Of a stretch of DNA of 39,493 bases, positions 7,303 through 17,761 are shown one piece after another. A model generated the notes under the pieces. The model was not told the origin of the DNA and searched no databases. It saw nothing but the letters and a program-made list of their open reading frames with translations. Origin of the DNA: Thermodesulfobacteriota bacterium (lineage in GTDB: Bacteria > Desulfobacterota > Desulfobulbia > Desulfobulbales > SURF-16); NCBI GenBank assembly GCA_040755455.1, contig JBFMAY010000013.1, positions 1 to 39,493 on the forward strand. The letters run 5' to 3'. Position 1 is the stretch's first letter; every line of letters starts with the position of its first letter. A program made the translations under genes and the position numbers.

Positions 7303-10206
7303 ATGCCCAATCAGACAGGAACCGTTGCTGAATATATCGCTTCCCTGAAGGGTTCACCCCGATTCGGTCCGCAGGTGGTGCACCATGAAGAGATCAAGGG
7401 AGGGGACGCCTGTTTTGCCGAGCTTTCCTCTCCTTTTCCCGCGCCATTGCGTTCAGCCCTGGCCAGGCTGGGCATCAGCAGGCTTTACCGTCACCAGGTT
7501 GCCGCCATTGACCTGATCCGGGGCAAAAGTGATGTGATCGTGGCGACTCCCACGGCCAGCGGCAAGAGTCTCATTTACAATCTGCCGGTTTTTGAGGCGG
7601 TTCTGCAGGACCGGGCCACCTCCGCCCTCTATCTTTTCCCCTTGAAGGCCCTGGCCCAGGACCAGCTGCGCACCATCCGGGAGCTCTGCGCCGGACTCGG
7701 CGGGCGGCAGGGACCCACGGCGGCGATTTTCGACGGTGACACCTCCGCTTACCAGCGCAGGAAGGTGCGGGACAATCCACCCAATATTCTCATCTCCAAC
7801 CCGGACATGCTGCATCTGTCCATGCTGGCCTATCACGGCAACTGGTCCCATTTCTGGGCCAGTCTCACCCATGTGGTCATCGATGAGGTTCATACCTACC
7901 GGGGGGTCTTCGGCAGCCACATGGCCTGGGTACTCAGACGACTGCAGCGGATCTGCCGACTGCACGGCGCTGATCCGCAGTTTCTGCTGTTTTCGGCCAC
8001 CGTTGGCAATCCCGCCCAGCTGGCCGGGGATCTGCTGAGCCGCCGGGTGGCCTTGATAGGGGAGAGCGGCGCCCCGCGGGGGGACCAGCATTTTATTTTC
8101 GTCAACCCTTGGGACGGTGCGGCCTATACCGCAAGCCTCATGCTGGAGGCGGCCCTGAAGCGGGGGCTGCGCACCATTGTCTATACCCAGTCGCGCAAGA
8201 TGACCGAACTGGTGGCCACCTGGACCCAGTCCCGGCTGGGGGAGCTGCGCCATAAGCTCACCGCCTACCGGGCCGGTTTCCTACCCGAGGACCGGCGGGA
8301 GATCGAGGCGAAACTGGCCTCCGGCGAACTGCTCGGCGTGGTGTCCACCAGCGCCCTGGAACTGGGGATTGATATCGGCAATCTCGATATCTGCATTCTG
8401 GTGGGCTACCCAGGCTCGATCATGTCCACATGGCAGCGGGGCGGCCGGGTGGGGCGCCGGCAGCATGATTCCCTGGTGCTGCTGGTGGCCCAGGAGGATG
8501 CCCTTGATCAGTATTTCATGCGCCATCCGGCGGATTTTTTCACCAGACCGGTGGAGGATGCGGTGTTGAACCCTTACAACCAGGTCATCATGCGGCGGCA
8601 TCTGATCTGCGCCGCGGCCGAGGCCCCGCTGTCGATGGATGAGCCGCTCCTGGCCGATGAAAAGTGCCGGCGCGAGGTGGATGATCTCGCAGGCAGCGCG
8701 GATCTGCTCCTTAATGTGGAAGGCGACACCTGGTTTGCCGCGCGCAAGTATCCCCAGCGGGAGGTCGACCTGCGCGGCACCGGGAAGAATTATGCCATCC
8801 GCAAGGCGGATGACTATACCCTGCTGGGGGAGATTGATGAACACCGCTGCTTCAAGGAATGCCACCCCGGCGCCATTTACCTGCACATGGGCCGCACCTG
8901 GCTGGTGCACGAGCTGGATCTGGACGGCCGTCTGGTCAGGGTCGGAGCGGCCCAGGTCAACTATTTCACCCGGGCCATGTCCAACAAGGAAACCGAGATC
9001 ATCGAGGTGTACGAGACGGTGCAGCATGGCCACATCAAGGCCTCGCTCGGTTATCTGCGGGTAACCGATCAGGTCACCGGTTTCCAGCGCAAGCGCATCC
9101 GGGGCCAGCAGACCATGAGCACCGAGTATCTGGACCTGCCGGCCCAGGTTTTTGAAACCGAGGGGTTGTGGTTTGAGGTGCCGCAGTGGTTGCAGCATCG
9201 TCTTGAGCGGCAGCAGATGCACTTCATGGGGGGTATCCATGCGGTGGAACATGCGGCCATCGGCATCTTTCCCCTGCTGGTGCTCTGTGACCGCAACGAT
9301 GTGGGGGGCATCTCCTACCCCCTGCATCCGCAGCTGCGGACTCCGGCGATTTTTATTTATGACGGCTATGCCGGCGGCGTGGGGCTGGCCAGGCAGGTTT
9401 TTGGCCGCATGCGGGAATTGCTTGCGGTCAGCCGCCAGACCATTGCCCATTGCCCCTGCAGTGTCGGCTGCCCGAGCTGTGTCCATTCGCCCAAATGCGG
9501 TTCAGGCAACCGGCCCATTGACAAGGCGGCGGCCCTGGCGGTGCTGGAAGGACTGCTGGAACCCGCCGCGGCGGGCAAGCGGGCCTGCGCCGGCCCGCAA
9601 ACGGAGGCGGCGTCCTCCGCGCTGCCGCCAATGGTTGACCAGCGGCGGAGCGACCGGCTGCCCGGCCGGTTCGGCGTCTTTGATGTGGAAACCCGGCGTT
9701 CGGCCGAGGAAGTGGGCGGCTGGCACCGGGCCGAGCGCATGGGGGTCAGCGTGGCGGTGGTCTATGACGGCTCGTCCGACAGTTTTTCCGTCTACCGGGA
9801 GGAGGAAATTGGACGGTTGATCGAGCATCTGCAGCAGCTTGAGCTGGTGGTGGGTTTTAACAACAAGCGTTTTGACAACCGGGTGCTTTCCGCCTACACC
9901 GATGTTGATCTGTCCCGGCTGCCCACTCTCGATATCCTGGAAGAGGTGCACAACCGGCTTGGTTACCGGTTAAGTCTGGAGCGGCTGGCGGAAAAAACCC
10001 TGGGCATCAGAAAAAGCGGCAGCGGTCTGCAGGCCCTGCAATGGTTCAAAGAGGGGCGGTTCGACAAGATTATTGAGTATTGCCGCCAGGATGTGGCAAT
10101 CACCAGGGACCTGCTGCTGTTCGGGCTGGAAAAGGGCTATCTGCTTTTTCAGAACAAGGCCGGCCAGACGGTGCGCTGCCCGGTTGACTTCACCACCGGA
10201 AGATGA
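7303..10206 (+). CDS. SF2 DEAD/DEAH helicase with DUF1998 (MrfA/SftH/Hrq1 family) fused to a C-terminal RNase H-like DEDD exonuclease
   Basis: TPTASGKS, DEVH, TSALELGIDIG, QRGGRVGR and the DUF1998 Zn site CPCSVGCPSC; then FDVET, GFNNKRFD, YCRQD. Confidence 0.92.
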   Translation: MPNQTGTVAEYIASLKGSPRFGPQVVHHEEIKGGDACFAELSSPFPAPLRSALARLGISRLYRHQVAAIDLIRGKSDVIVATPTASGKSLIYNLPVFEAVLQDRATSALYLFPLKALAQDQLRTIRELCAGLGGRQGPTAAIFDGDTSAYQRRKVRDNPPNILISNPDMLHLSMLAYHGNWSHFWASLTHVVIDEVHTYRGVFGSHMAWVLRRLQRICRLHGADPQFLLFSATVGNPAQLAGDLLSRRVALIGESGAPRGDQHFIFVNPWDGAAYTASLMLEAALKRGLRTIVYTQSRKMTELVATWTQSRLGELRHKLTAYRAGFLPEDRREIEAKLASGELLGVVSTSALELGIDIGNLDICILVGYPGSIMSTWQRGGRVGRRQHDSLVLLVAQEDALDQYFMRHPADFFTRPVEDAVLNPYNQVIMRRHLICAAAEAPLSMDEPLLADEKCRREVDDLAGSADLLLNVEGDTWFAARKYPQREVDLRGTGKNYAIRKADDYTLLGEIDEHRCFKECHPGAIYLHMGRTWLVHELDLDGRLVRVGAAQVNYFTRAMSNKETEIIEVYETVQHGHIKASLGYLRVTDQVTGFQRKRIRGQQTMSTEYLDLPAQVFETEGLWFEVPQWLQHRLERQQMHFMGGIHAVEHAAIGIFPLLVLCDRNDVGGISYPLHPQLRTPAIFIYDGYAGGVGLARQVFGRMRELLAVSRQTIAHCPCSVGCPSCVHSPKCGSGNRPIDKAAALAVLEGLLEPAAAGKRACAGPQTEAASSALPPMVDQRRSDRLPGRFGVFDVETRRSAEEVGGWHRAERMGVSVAVVYDGSSDSFSVYREEEIGRLIEHLQQLELVVGFNNKRFDNRVLSAYTDVDLSRLPTLDILEEVHNRLGYRLSLERLAEKTLGIRKSGSGLQALQWFKEGRFDKIIEYCRQDVAITRDLLLFGLEKGYLLFQNKAGQTVRCPVDFTTGR

Positions 10207-10211
10207 CTAGA

Positions 10212-10290
10212 GAAGGGCCTGCCACAGAGCATCGCGCGCGCCGGCGCAGCGGCTTCGGGCGGAGTGCTCCGTGGATTGCAGGCTCTTTTT
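10212..10290. terminator. Long hairpin between convergent genes
   Basis: AAGGGCCTGC/GCAGGCTCTT outer stem and CCACAGAGCA/TGCTCCGTGG inner stem, followed by a T-run. Confidence 0.5.
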
Positions 10291-10300
10291 GCTGACAGGG

Positions 10301-10777
10301 TTACGGCCAGATCAGTGATTTATGAATCCAGCCCTTGGTGCCGTCGGCATGGGTAAGCTGCACCCAGTCACCGTCGGTCTTGCCGGGGGTGAAGACAACG
10401 CCGTAGAGGGCGGAGGCGGTAACTTCAAAGTTTTCCCCAGGGCCTGTCCGGATGTTTGCCTTCTTGGCCTTGATGATGACGGTTTTTTTATCACTCAGCA
10501 TCTGTCCGAAAATCCAGCCGGTATCGCCCTCGAAATCCTCCACCTGGACCCATTGATTTTTCTTTTGCATAATCTTCAGCGGAAAGTCTTTGAAGACCTC
10601 CCAGTAGACTTCCGCATTGTTGTCAGGGCCTGAACGGATGTTGACCCCGTCCTTGGTGACGCTGCCATATTCCGCCCCAACGGCGTTAGCCGCAAAGAAA
10701 AAGGTGAGTAAGGATATCCCAAGGCATGCCAGTAACCTTTTTTGTGTTGTTTTCTGTCTCATCATCATTACGTTCAA
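10301..10777 (-). CDS. Secreted tandem bacterial SH3-domain protein
   Basis: Signal peptide; two repeats of NIRxGP...W.....GWI. Exact start Met uncertain. Confidence 0.88.
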   Translation of the reverse strand: MNVMMMRQKTTQKRLLACLGISLLTFFFAANAVGAEYGSVTKDGVNIRSGPDNNAEVYWEVFKDFPLKIMQKKNQWVQVEDFEGDTGWIFGQMLSDKKTVIIKAKKANIRTGPGENFEVTASALYGVVFTPGKTDGDWVQLTHADGTKGWIHKSLIWP

Positions 10778-10970
10778 TCTCCAAAACAGGGTAGTTTCGC
10801 GTTACTCTTAATTCTTTAACCGAAATTTTTATCCGGAGGGCATGAAAAAATCATTTGGAATGCAGCTTTTTCAACACCATCCTGATTATGAAACTAAGGT
10901 GAAAAAGTGCTCATGAAGTTAGCTTATTACGTTAGCACTATCAGCCGGTCAAGTCAAATCGAAAGCCATG

Positions 10971-11693
10971 TTATTGCCCGGAAAGGAGGATGAGAAATTC
11001 CCGATTCCCCTTTGGCCCAAGCACGGGCGATTCGGTGATGCCTTGACTCTCCAGGTGAAGGTCTTCGGCAAAACGGCTGATGTCGCCAAGCACCTCCTGG
11101 TGGAGCAGCTGGTCCCTGACCACTCCTCCCTTGCCCACCTTGCCCTTGCCCACCTCAAACTGCGGCTTGATAAGGGCCAGAATGACGGGCCGGCCTCTGA
11201 AAAAAGGGAGCAGGGGCGGCAGCAGCAGCCTGAGCGAGATAAAGCTTGAATCAATGACCGCGAGATCAAGAGGTTCGGCAATGTCGCCGGGCTTGAGATG
11301 CCTGGCGTTGGTGCGTTCCATGACCACCACCCTGGGGTCCTGGCGCAGTTTCCAGTCCAGCTGTCCATAGCCGACATCAATGGCGTACACCTTCGCAGCG
11401 CCGTGCTGCAGCAGACAATCGGTGAAGCCGCCGGTTGACGCCCCGACATCGGCGCAGACCATGCCTGTCGGGTCAACATGGAAAAAATCCAGTCCTTTCG
11501 CCAGTTTCAATCCGCCCCGGCTTACAAAAGGACATCTCTCCTTGATTTCGATGAGGGCCTGGTCATCGATCTGCGCCCCGGCCTTGTCAAGTATTTGGCC
11601 GTTGACCAGCACCTGTCCGGCGCCGATGAGGGCCTGGGCCTTGTGTCTGGTTGCCGCGAGATTACGGGCCAGGAGAAGTTTGTCAAGTCGCAT
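10971..11693 (-). CDS. tlyA: TlyA family rRNA 2'-O-methyltransferase
   Basis: S4 domain MRLDKLL, FVSRGGLKL, DVGASTGGFTDCLLQ, DSSFISL, KPQFE, GPKGNREF. Upstream Met codons lie inside the 9-mer repeats. Confidence 0.95.
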   Translation of the reverse strand: MRLDKLLLARNLAATRHKAQALIGAGQVLVNGQILDKAGAQIDDQALIEIKERCPFVSRGGLKLAKGLDFFHVDPTGMVCADVGASTGGFTDCLLQHGAAKVYAIDVGYGQLDWKLRQDPRVVVMERTNARHLKPGDIAEPLDLAVIDSSFISLRLLLPPLLPFFRGRPVILALIKPQFEVGKGKVGKGGVVRDQLLHQEVLGDISRFAEDLHLESQGITESPVLGPKGNREFLILLSGQ

Positions 11694-11776
11694 TCGTCTC
11701 ATTGGTCTTACTGGTCTCATTAGTCTTACCAGTCAGACCAGTTGGACTAGTTTTGGACCAGTCAGACCAGTCAGAC
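11694..11776. repeat. Inverted array of 9-mer tandem repeats
   Basis: Four TGGTCTYAY-like units followed by five CAGTCAGAC-like units of complementary sense, filling the glmM-tlyA gap. Confidence 0.85.
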
Positions 11777-13125
11777 TAACCATCAGCTTTGCGGATAAGC
11801 TGGCACAGTTCATCCGCCATGGCGTCAATGGTGTCCTGGTTCTTGCCTTCCAGCATGACGCGGACCACCGGTTCGGTGCCGGAGTGCCGCACCAGGATGC
11901 GGCCGTCGTTGCCCAGTTTCTGTTCCATGCGTTTGACCGTATCATGGAAACCGGGCACCAGATCAAGGTCGACCTTTTTGGTGGTTCTGACATTTTTCAG
12001 CACCTGGGGAAAGGATTCCATGATGGTGGCCAGTTCGGACAGCGGTTTGCGGCGTTTGATCATGATGGCCAGCAGCTGCAGGGCGGCAAGGATGCCGTCG
12101 CCGGTGGTGTTGTGCTCCAGGAAGATCAGATGGCCTGACTGTTCACCGCCGAAGGAGTAATGCTGCTGGCGCATCATCTCCACCACATAGCGGTCGCCGA
12201 CCTGGCTGCGCACCAGTTTGCCGCCCATTCTCTCTATGGCCTGGGCAAGCCCCATATTGCTCATCACCGTGGCGACCAGGGTCTTTTTTTTGAGTTTTTT
12301 ACGGCTCATGAGTTCAGCGGCGCAGACCGCCATGATATGATCGCCGTTGACGATGTTGCCCTTTTCATCAGCGACGATGACCCGGTCGCCGTCGCCGTCC
12401 AGGGCGATGCCCAGATTCGCGCCGAGCTTCTTGACCTTATCGGCCATGAGCTGCGGGTGGAGCGCGCCGCATTCATGATTGATATTCTTGCCGTCCGGTT
12501 CAACACCGATCTTGGTCACCTTGGCCCCCAGCTCCTCAAAGACATGGGGCGCGACCCCGTAGGTGGCGCCGTTGGCGCAATCCAGGACGATATGGAAGCC
12601 ATCCAGGGTGTAACTGCGCGGGAAGGTGTTTTTCAGAAAGACGATATAGCGGCCTCGGGCATCTTCAATGCGGGCCGCCTTGCCCACCTCATCGGCAACC
12701 GGGCGCAGGGCCGCCATTTTCTGGGAAAAGATGAGGTCTTCAATGTCCGCCTCTTTTTCATCCGGCAGCTTGAAGCCGTCGCCGGAAAAGATCTTGATGC
12801 CGTTATCCTGAAAGGGGTTGTGGGAAGCGGAAATGACCACCCCGGCATCCGCCCGCATGCTGGTGGTGATGAAGGCGATACCCGGGGTGGGCAGGGGGCC
12901 GCAAAGCAGCACATCCACACCCATGGAGCATATGCCGGCTGCCAGGGCGTTTTCCAGCATATAACAGGAGAGCCGCGTATCCTTGCCGATGACGATGCGA
13001 TGGCCATGTCTCATATCTTTCACCTGAAAGGCAATGCCACGGCCGATCTGCATGGCTATTTCGGTGGTCATCGGATAGGTGTTGGCAACTCCGCGCACAC
13101 CGTCGGTTCCAAATAGTCTTCTCAT
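11776..13125 (-). CDS. glmM: Phosphoglucosamine mutase
   Basis: [37 protein letters not shown]. Confidence 0.97.
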   Translation of the reverse strand: MRRLFGTDGVRGVANTYPMTTEIAMQIGRGIAFQVKDMRHGHRIVIGKDTRLSCYMLENALAAGICSMGVDVLLCGPLPTPGIAFITTSMRADAGVVISASHNPFQDNGIKIFSGDGFKLPDEKEADIEDLIFSQKMAALRPVADEVGKAARIEDARGRYIVFLKNTFPRSYTLDGFHIVLDCANGATYGVAPHVFEELGAKVTKIGVEPDGKNINHECGALHPQLMADKVKKLGANLGIALDGDGDRVIVADEKGNIVNGDHIMAVCAAELMSRKKLKKKTLVATVMSNMGLAQAIERMGGKLVRSQVGDRYVVEMMRQQHYSFGGEQSGHLIFLEHNTTGDGILAALQLLAIMIKRRKPLSELATIMESFPQVLKNVRTTKKVDLDLVPGFHDTVKRMEQKLGNDGRILVRHSGTEPVVRVMLEGKNQDTIDAMADELCQLIRKADG

Positions 13126-13194
13126 TCATTACCTCTGTGTAGCTGTTTTTTAAAAAAGGAGTAGATGCTGATCATGTTGGAGGGGCAAACCTGC

Positions 13195-14181
13195 TCATTT
13201 GCCTTTATCGCTTTCTTCGTCCGTGATATCGGCTATGACCATTTCCGGTTTTATTTCGAGAACTTCAATGTTCTCGGCCGGGATGATTTCCACCGTCAGC
13301 TTGTGGGTTCCCGCCGGGAGCTCAACACCCATGATGCGTCCCCGGAAAAGGGTTTTCAGGTCTTTGGTTTTGTGCAGGGTGGTATAGGGAATCCGGGCAA
13401 TCACCGTAACGTCATCGGGTTTTAAGGTGTATGTCTTTTTGCCGCTGAGCAGAAGCTTGACCGGGATATTGTCAATTGTTTTCTGCTCCATTTTTTCCTG
13501 GATCACGATGTTGGCGGTCACGATTGGTTCGCCGACCAGATCCTTGATCGTCGAGGTCAGTTTGAGCGCCACCGGCCGGGTGGTTGAGGTGGTGAGCCTT
13601 GACAGGTCGACGGTGGCGGTGGAAATGGAATCCACCTGCCCCACAGAGGCCTCCGGGCCGGTCACGGGAATGGAGGCAGGATCCAGATTGATGGACACAA
13701 GCTCGAATCCGTCAGGCAGGGAGCCGGTGGTCACGCAATGGATAGGAATATTTTTCTTAACCAGTTTGTCGAGCTGGAGAATGATGTCCGTAGGTTTGAC
13801 CCGCAGCAGGCGGACCCCGCGGGGCAGAGAAATGGAGTCGACGGTGTTTTGATAAACCTTTGTACCGGGCTCGGCCCTGGAGAGATCAATGGGACGGGCG
13901 ATGTGCTGCATTGCAAGATTGCGTATCAGGCCCTTGGGGCCGTTGACGGTCAGTTCGAGCTCATTCTTGAACTGGTTGGAGATGGTCAGGTCTGCCGGCA
14001 GATTGACTATTTCAACGGGTATATTAAAGGTTTTGTCAACCTTGTCCTCGCCCACCACGAAAAACCAGAGAAAGAAGGCAAAAAAGAAAGAGATGAGCTT
14101 GAGAACCCAATTTTTCGGCCAGGGCCTGTTGCGCCATGCGGCTATTTTTGAGGTTATTTTCTTTGTAGCCAGGTTTTCCAT
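13195..14181 (-). CDS. cdaR: CdaR/YbbR-domain diadenylate cyclase regulator
   Basis: KLISFFFAFFLWFFV anchor plus YbbR-like beta repeats; lies between cdaA and glmM. Confidence 0.88.
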   Translation of the reverse strand: MENLATKKITSKIAAWRNRPWPKNWVLKLISFFFAFFLWFFVVGEDKVDKTFNIPVEIVNLPADLTISNQFKNELELTVNGPKGLIRNLAMQHIARPIDLSRAEPGTKVYQNTVDSISLPRGVRLLRVKPTDIILQLDKLVKKNIPIHCVTTGSLPDGFELVSINLDPASIPVTGPEASVGQVDSISTATVDLSRLTTSTTRPVALKLTSTIKDLVGEPIVTANIVIQEKMEQKTIDNIPVKLLLSGKKTYTLKPDDVTVIARIPYTTLHKTKDLKTLFRGRIMGVELPAGTHKLTVEIIPAENIEVLEIKPEMVIADITDEESDKGK

Positions 14182-14945
14182 TTGTTTGTATCGAATTCTT
14201 TCGGGGTTAGAATTGCCTCAAGGCGGTTGCGTAACGAGGGCATGTCCAGTCCGCTGGTGATGCCGCCATGCAGAACAAGGGAGATCTGACTGGTTTCTTC
14301 CGAGATGACAACGACCACCGCATCTGTTTCTTCAGAAATGCCGATGGCTGCCCGGTGGCGGGTCCCCAGTTTTTTGCTGATGAACGGGTTTTTGGTCAGG
14401 GGCAGCACGGAACGGGCAGTGAGGATCCGGTCCTTGTGGATGATCACCCCGCCGTCATGCAGAGGAGAGGAGGTGTGAAAAAGACTGACCAGCAGTTCCA
14501 TGCTGAGCTTGGCGTCAACAATATGCGAGGATTCGACATAGTCCTTGAGCCCTGTTTCCCGCTCGATGATGATGAGGCCCCCGATTTTCCGGTCGGACAG
14601 ATACTTGGCGGCATAAACGATTTCGTCGATTGCCTCGGTGGTTTCGTCGGTGCTTTTGGTGAACGGCGTTTGGCCGACCTGGGTCAGGGCCCGGCGGATA
14701 TCGCGCTGGAAAATAATGATGATAACGAGAAAAATGGAGCTGAGGAACGTACCCAGCAGCCAGTAGAGGGTCATGAACTCGAGTTCTCTTGCTCCGAAAT
14801 ACACCACGAACAGAATGCCGATGCCGATCAGCATCTGGGCTGCTCGTGTTCCCTTGATAATGAGAATTATCCGGTAGATGATGTAGGAAACGATCAGGAT
14901 ATCGACAACATCCTGCCAGCGTATGCCTTTGAGCACCTCAAGCAT
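14154..14945 (-). CDS. cdaA: Diadenylate cyclase CdaA/DacA
   Basis: Three N-terminal TM helices, SPLHDGG and GTRHRAAIGISEETDA. Confidence 0.95.
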   Translation of the reverse strand: MLEVLKGIRWQDVVDILIVSYIIYRIILIIKGTRAAQMLIGIGILFVVYFGARELEFMTLYWLLGTFLSSIFLVIIIIFQRDIRRALTQVGQTPFTKSTDETTEAIDEIVYAAKYLSDRKIGGLIIIERETGLKDYVESSHIVDAKLSMELLVSLFHTSSPLHDGGVIIHKDRILTARSVLPLTKNPFISKKLGTRHRAAIGISEETDAVVVVISEETSQISLVLHGGITSGLDMPSLRNRLEAILTPKEFDTNKWKTWLQRK

Positions 14946-15097
14946 GAAATTTAAAATCTTCTCCTGGGAACAATGTTAAAGGGGTGGGGAAGTTAAGATT
15001 TATTCTTGTTTAACTATATATGATTATAACTGATTATGCGAGCAGCGAGTGGCTGTGCCGGCATTTTTTTTGAAAAAAAGAAAGGCGCGGTTGTTTC

Positions 15098-15126
15098 TTG
15101 ACATAAAATGGAAAGTGATTTATATA
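15098..15126 (+). promoter_or_regulatory. Sigma-70 promoter for rpsT
   Basis: TTGACA-17 nt-TATATA. Confidence 0.65.
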
Positions 15127-15230
15127 ACGCTTTTTTTGATGTGAACTTATTTTGTCTTATTCTGATGTCATACAGGGGCCTCGGCACATTGTTGATCCGC
15201 GGTCTCTAAAGTTACAAGAGGAGAATCATT

Positions 15231-15515
15231 TTGGCTAACCACAAATCTGCTTTAAAAAGAAACCGTCAAAGTCTTGTCAGCAGGGCCCGTAACCGGGCGA
15301 ACCGCAGCAAGGTGAAAACCGTAGTCAAGGCGGTGGATGCAGCCATTGAGCAACAGTCAGTTGATCAGGCACAGGCGGCTTTGCAGGCAGCTATCCCGGT
15401 TATTCAGAAAGCTGCTTCAAAGGGAACACTGCATGCAAGGACAGCATCCCGAAAAGTTTCCCGGCTGACCAAACGGGTAAACAGCTTTATTGCCAGCACA
15501 CAGTCCGCAGCTTAG
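15231..15515 (+). CDS. rpsT: 30S ribosomal protein S20
   Basis: MANHKSALKR...KGTLH..TASRKVSRL; TTG start with GAGGA RBS. Confidence 0.97.
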   Translation: MANHKSALKRNRQSLVSRARNRANRSKVKTVVKAVDAAIEQQSVDQAQAALQAAIPVIQKAASKGTLHARTASRKVSRLTKRVNSFIASTQSAA

Positions 15516-15600
15516 GAGTAGTGGTACCCCCTTTGCCATGCAGGGGCTGTAAGCAATGACAGAGTTGATACCTTTTAATCAGTAACGGAAAAGAGTGTTG

Positions 15601-15640
15601 AGCCATGGGCGCCTTGATTGGTCCCCATGGCTTTTTTTTT
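15601..15640 (+). terminator. Rho-independent terminator between rpsT and trpE
   Basis: AGCCATGGG/CCCATGGCT stem ending in a 9-nt T-run. Confidence 0.8.
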
Positions 15641-15686
15641 GTGGCGGCTAGGCAGTGGCCTGTTCCCGGACCATGGAGGTTTATGC

Positions 15687-17174
15687 ATGACGTACCAGCC
15701 TGCACTGGATGATTTTAAAAAGCTGGCCGATAAAGCGGGTCTGATCCCTGTATGCCGGGAGATTGTCGCTGATCTTGATACGCCGCTGACGGTTTTCGCC
15801 AAAGTAGCCGGGGACGAGTCCCATGCCTTTCTGCTCGAGAGTCTGGAGGGCGGCGAAAAGTGGGGCCGTTATTCCTTTATCGGCCTTGATCCGCTTCTCA
15901 CCTTTGAAAGCCGGGGGGAGAGGATCGTCATCCAGCGTGATGGCCGGACCGAGGAGCGCGCCGGTGATCCGCTGGCCGAGCTGAAGAGCATTCTGGAATC
16001 TTTCAAGGCCTGCCGGGAAAGTGATTTTCTGCCCCGTTTTTTTGGCGGGGCGGTGGGCTATCTCGGCTATGACATGGTCAGGTTCATGGAGAGCTTGCCT
16101 GACATTAATCCTCCCCTGGAGAATTTCCCTGACAGCTCCTTCATGGTGCCCCGCCTGGTGCTCATCTGCGATAGTCTCAAGCAGAAGTTGACAGTAGTGA
16201 ACTGTGTGGTGGTCGAGGCGGGTGACAATCTGGAGGAAGCGTACCAGAAGGCGTGTCAGCGGATTGATGCCGTCATCAAGCGGCTCAGGCGCCGGCCCCT
16301 GCCCTATGATGTGGTTGACAATGACTCCGTGGGCCATACCCACCGCTTTGCTTCCAACATGTCCGCCGAGGCCTTCAAACGGATGGTGGTGCGCGGCAAG
16401 GAATATATCATGGCGGGCGACATCATTCAGGTGGTGCTGTCCCAGCGTTTTCACGCCAAGACCGATCTGCCGCCCTTCATGCTCTACCGGGCCCTGCGTC
16501 ATATCAATCCCAGCCCCTATCTTTTTTATCTCAAGCTCGGCAACAACATCCAGATCGGCTCATCGCCTGAAATCCTGGTGCGGCTGGAGGAGGGCAAAAT
16601 CGAGGTGCGGCCCATCGCCGGCACCCGGCCCAGGGGAAGAACCAGGGAAGAAGACCTGGCCCTGGAAAAGGAACTGCTGGCTGATCCCAAGGAACGGGCC
16701 GAGCATCTGATGCTGGTTGATCTGGGCCGCAATGACGTTGGCCGGGTAGCGGAATACGGCACGGTGGAAACCCATGATCTGCTGGTGATCGAGCGGTACA
16801 GCCACGTGATGCATATTGTCTCCGGTGTGCGCGGCCAGCTGGCCGCAGGCCGGGATCAGTTTGACGTGGTGCGGGCCTGTTTTCCGGCAGGGACCGTGTC
16901 AGGGGCTCCCAAGATCAGGGCCATGGAAATTATTGAGGAACTGGAGCCGGAGCGGCGCGGGCCCTATGCCGGCGCAGTGGGCTATTTTGGTTTTTCGGGC
17001 AATATGGATTTCTGTATCACCATCAGAACCTTCGTGCTGCAGGGCGATAATCTGTGGGTGCAGGCCGGGGCCGGCATTGTCGCTGATTCCGATCCGGAGA
17101 TGGAGTTCCAGGAAACACTCAACAAGGCTCGGGGACTGCGGCGGGCGGTGGAGCTGGCCGAGAAAGGATTTTAA
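15687..17174 (+). CDS. trpE: Anthranilate synthase component I
   Basis: [59 protein letters not shown] before ATG 15687. Confidence 0.97.
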   Translation: MTYQPALDDFKKLADKAGLIPVCREIVADLDTPLTVFAKVAGDESHAFLLESLEGGEKWGRYSFIGLDPLLTFESRGERIVIQRDGRTEERAGDPLAELKSILESFKACRESDFLPRFFGGAVGYLGYDMVRFMESLPDINPPLENFPDSSFMVPRLVLICDSLKQKLTVVNCVVVEAGDNLEEAYQKACQRIDAVIKRLRRRPLPYDVVDNDSVGHTHRFASNMSAEAFKRMVVRGKEYIMAGDIIQVVLSQRFHAKTDLPPFMLYRALRHINPSPYLFYLKLGNNIQIGSSPEILVRLEEGKIEVRPIAGTRPRGRTREEDLALEKELLADPKERAEHLMLVDLGRNDVGRVAEYGTVETHDLLVIERYSHVMHIVSGVRGQLAAGRDQFDVVRACFPAGTVSGAPKIRAMEIIEELEPERRGPYAGAVGYFGFSGNMDFCITIRTFVLQGDNLWVQAGAGIVADSDPEMEFQETLNKARGLRRAVELAEKGF

Positions 17175-17179
17175 CTGAT

Positions 17180-17761
17180 ATGATTGTCATTATCGATAAT
17201 TACGATTCGTTTACCTATAACATCGTGCAGACCATCGGCGGCTTTGGCGCGGCGCTGGTCGTCTTCCGCAACGACAAGGTGGATATAGCCGGTATCGAGC
17301 GGATAAAACCGGACCGGCTGCTCATTTCCCCCGGTCCCTGTGATCCGCCCCAGGCCGGCATATCCATTGAGGCCATCCGCCATTTCGCCGGCAAGATACC
17401 GGTGCTGGGGGTCTGCCTCGGCCATCAGTCCATTGGCGAGGCCTTCGGCGGGTCCACGGTGCGGGCCGGCCGGGTCATGCACGGCAAGACCAGCCCCATT
17501 CATCATGACGGCAAGGGGGTATTCACCGGCCTGCCGAATCCTTTTGACGCCATGCGCTATCATTCACTGGTGGTCGCCGACGCCGATCTGCCCGATTGTC
17601 TCCTGGTGACGGCCCGCACCGACCAGGGGGAGCTGATGGCCGTGCGCCATAAAACACTGCTGGTGGAAGGGGTGCAGTTTCACCCGGAATCCATCATGAC
17701 CCCGCACGGGGTGCAGTTGCTGAAAAATTTTGTCAGCCCCGATTATGAGAAGATGTATTGA
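17180..17761 (+). CDS. trpG: Anthranilate synthase component II (glutamine amidotransferase)
   Basis: [27 protein letters not shown]. Confidence 0.95.
   Translation: MIVIIDNYDSFTYNIVQTIGGFGAALVVFRNDKVDIAGIERIKPDRLLISPGPCDPPQAGISIEAIRHFAGKIPVLGVCLGHQSIGEAFGGSTVRAGRVMHGKTSPIHHDGKGVFTGLPNPFDAMRYHSLVVADADLPDCLLVTARTDQGELMAVRHKTLLVEGVQFHPESIMTPHGVQLLKNFVSPDYEKMY

Noticed and set aside
7303..10206. DISARM or Druantia defence island
   Set aside because: There are no methylase, DrmABC partners or other defence genes adjacent; the context fits a stand-alone repair helicase.
15538..15600. Classical Trp leader-peptide attenuator
   Set aside because: The short ORFs (MQGL, MTELIPFNQ) contain no Trp codons.
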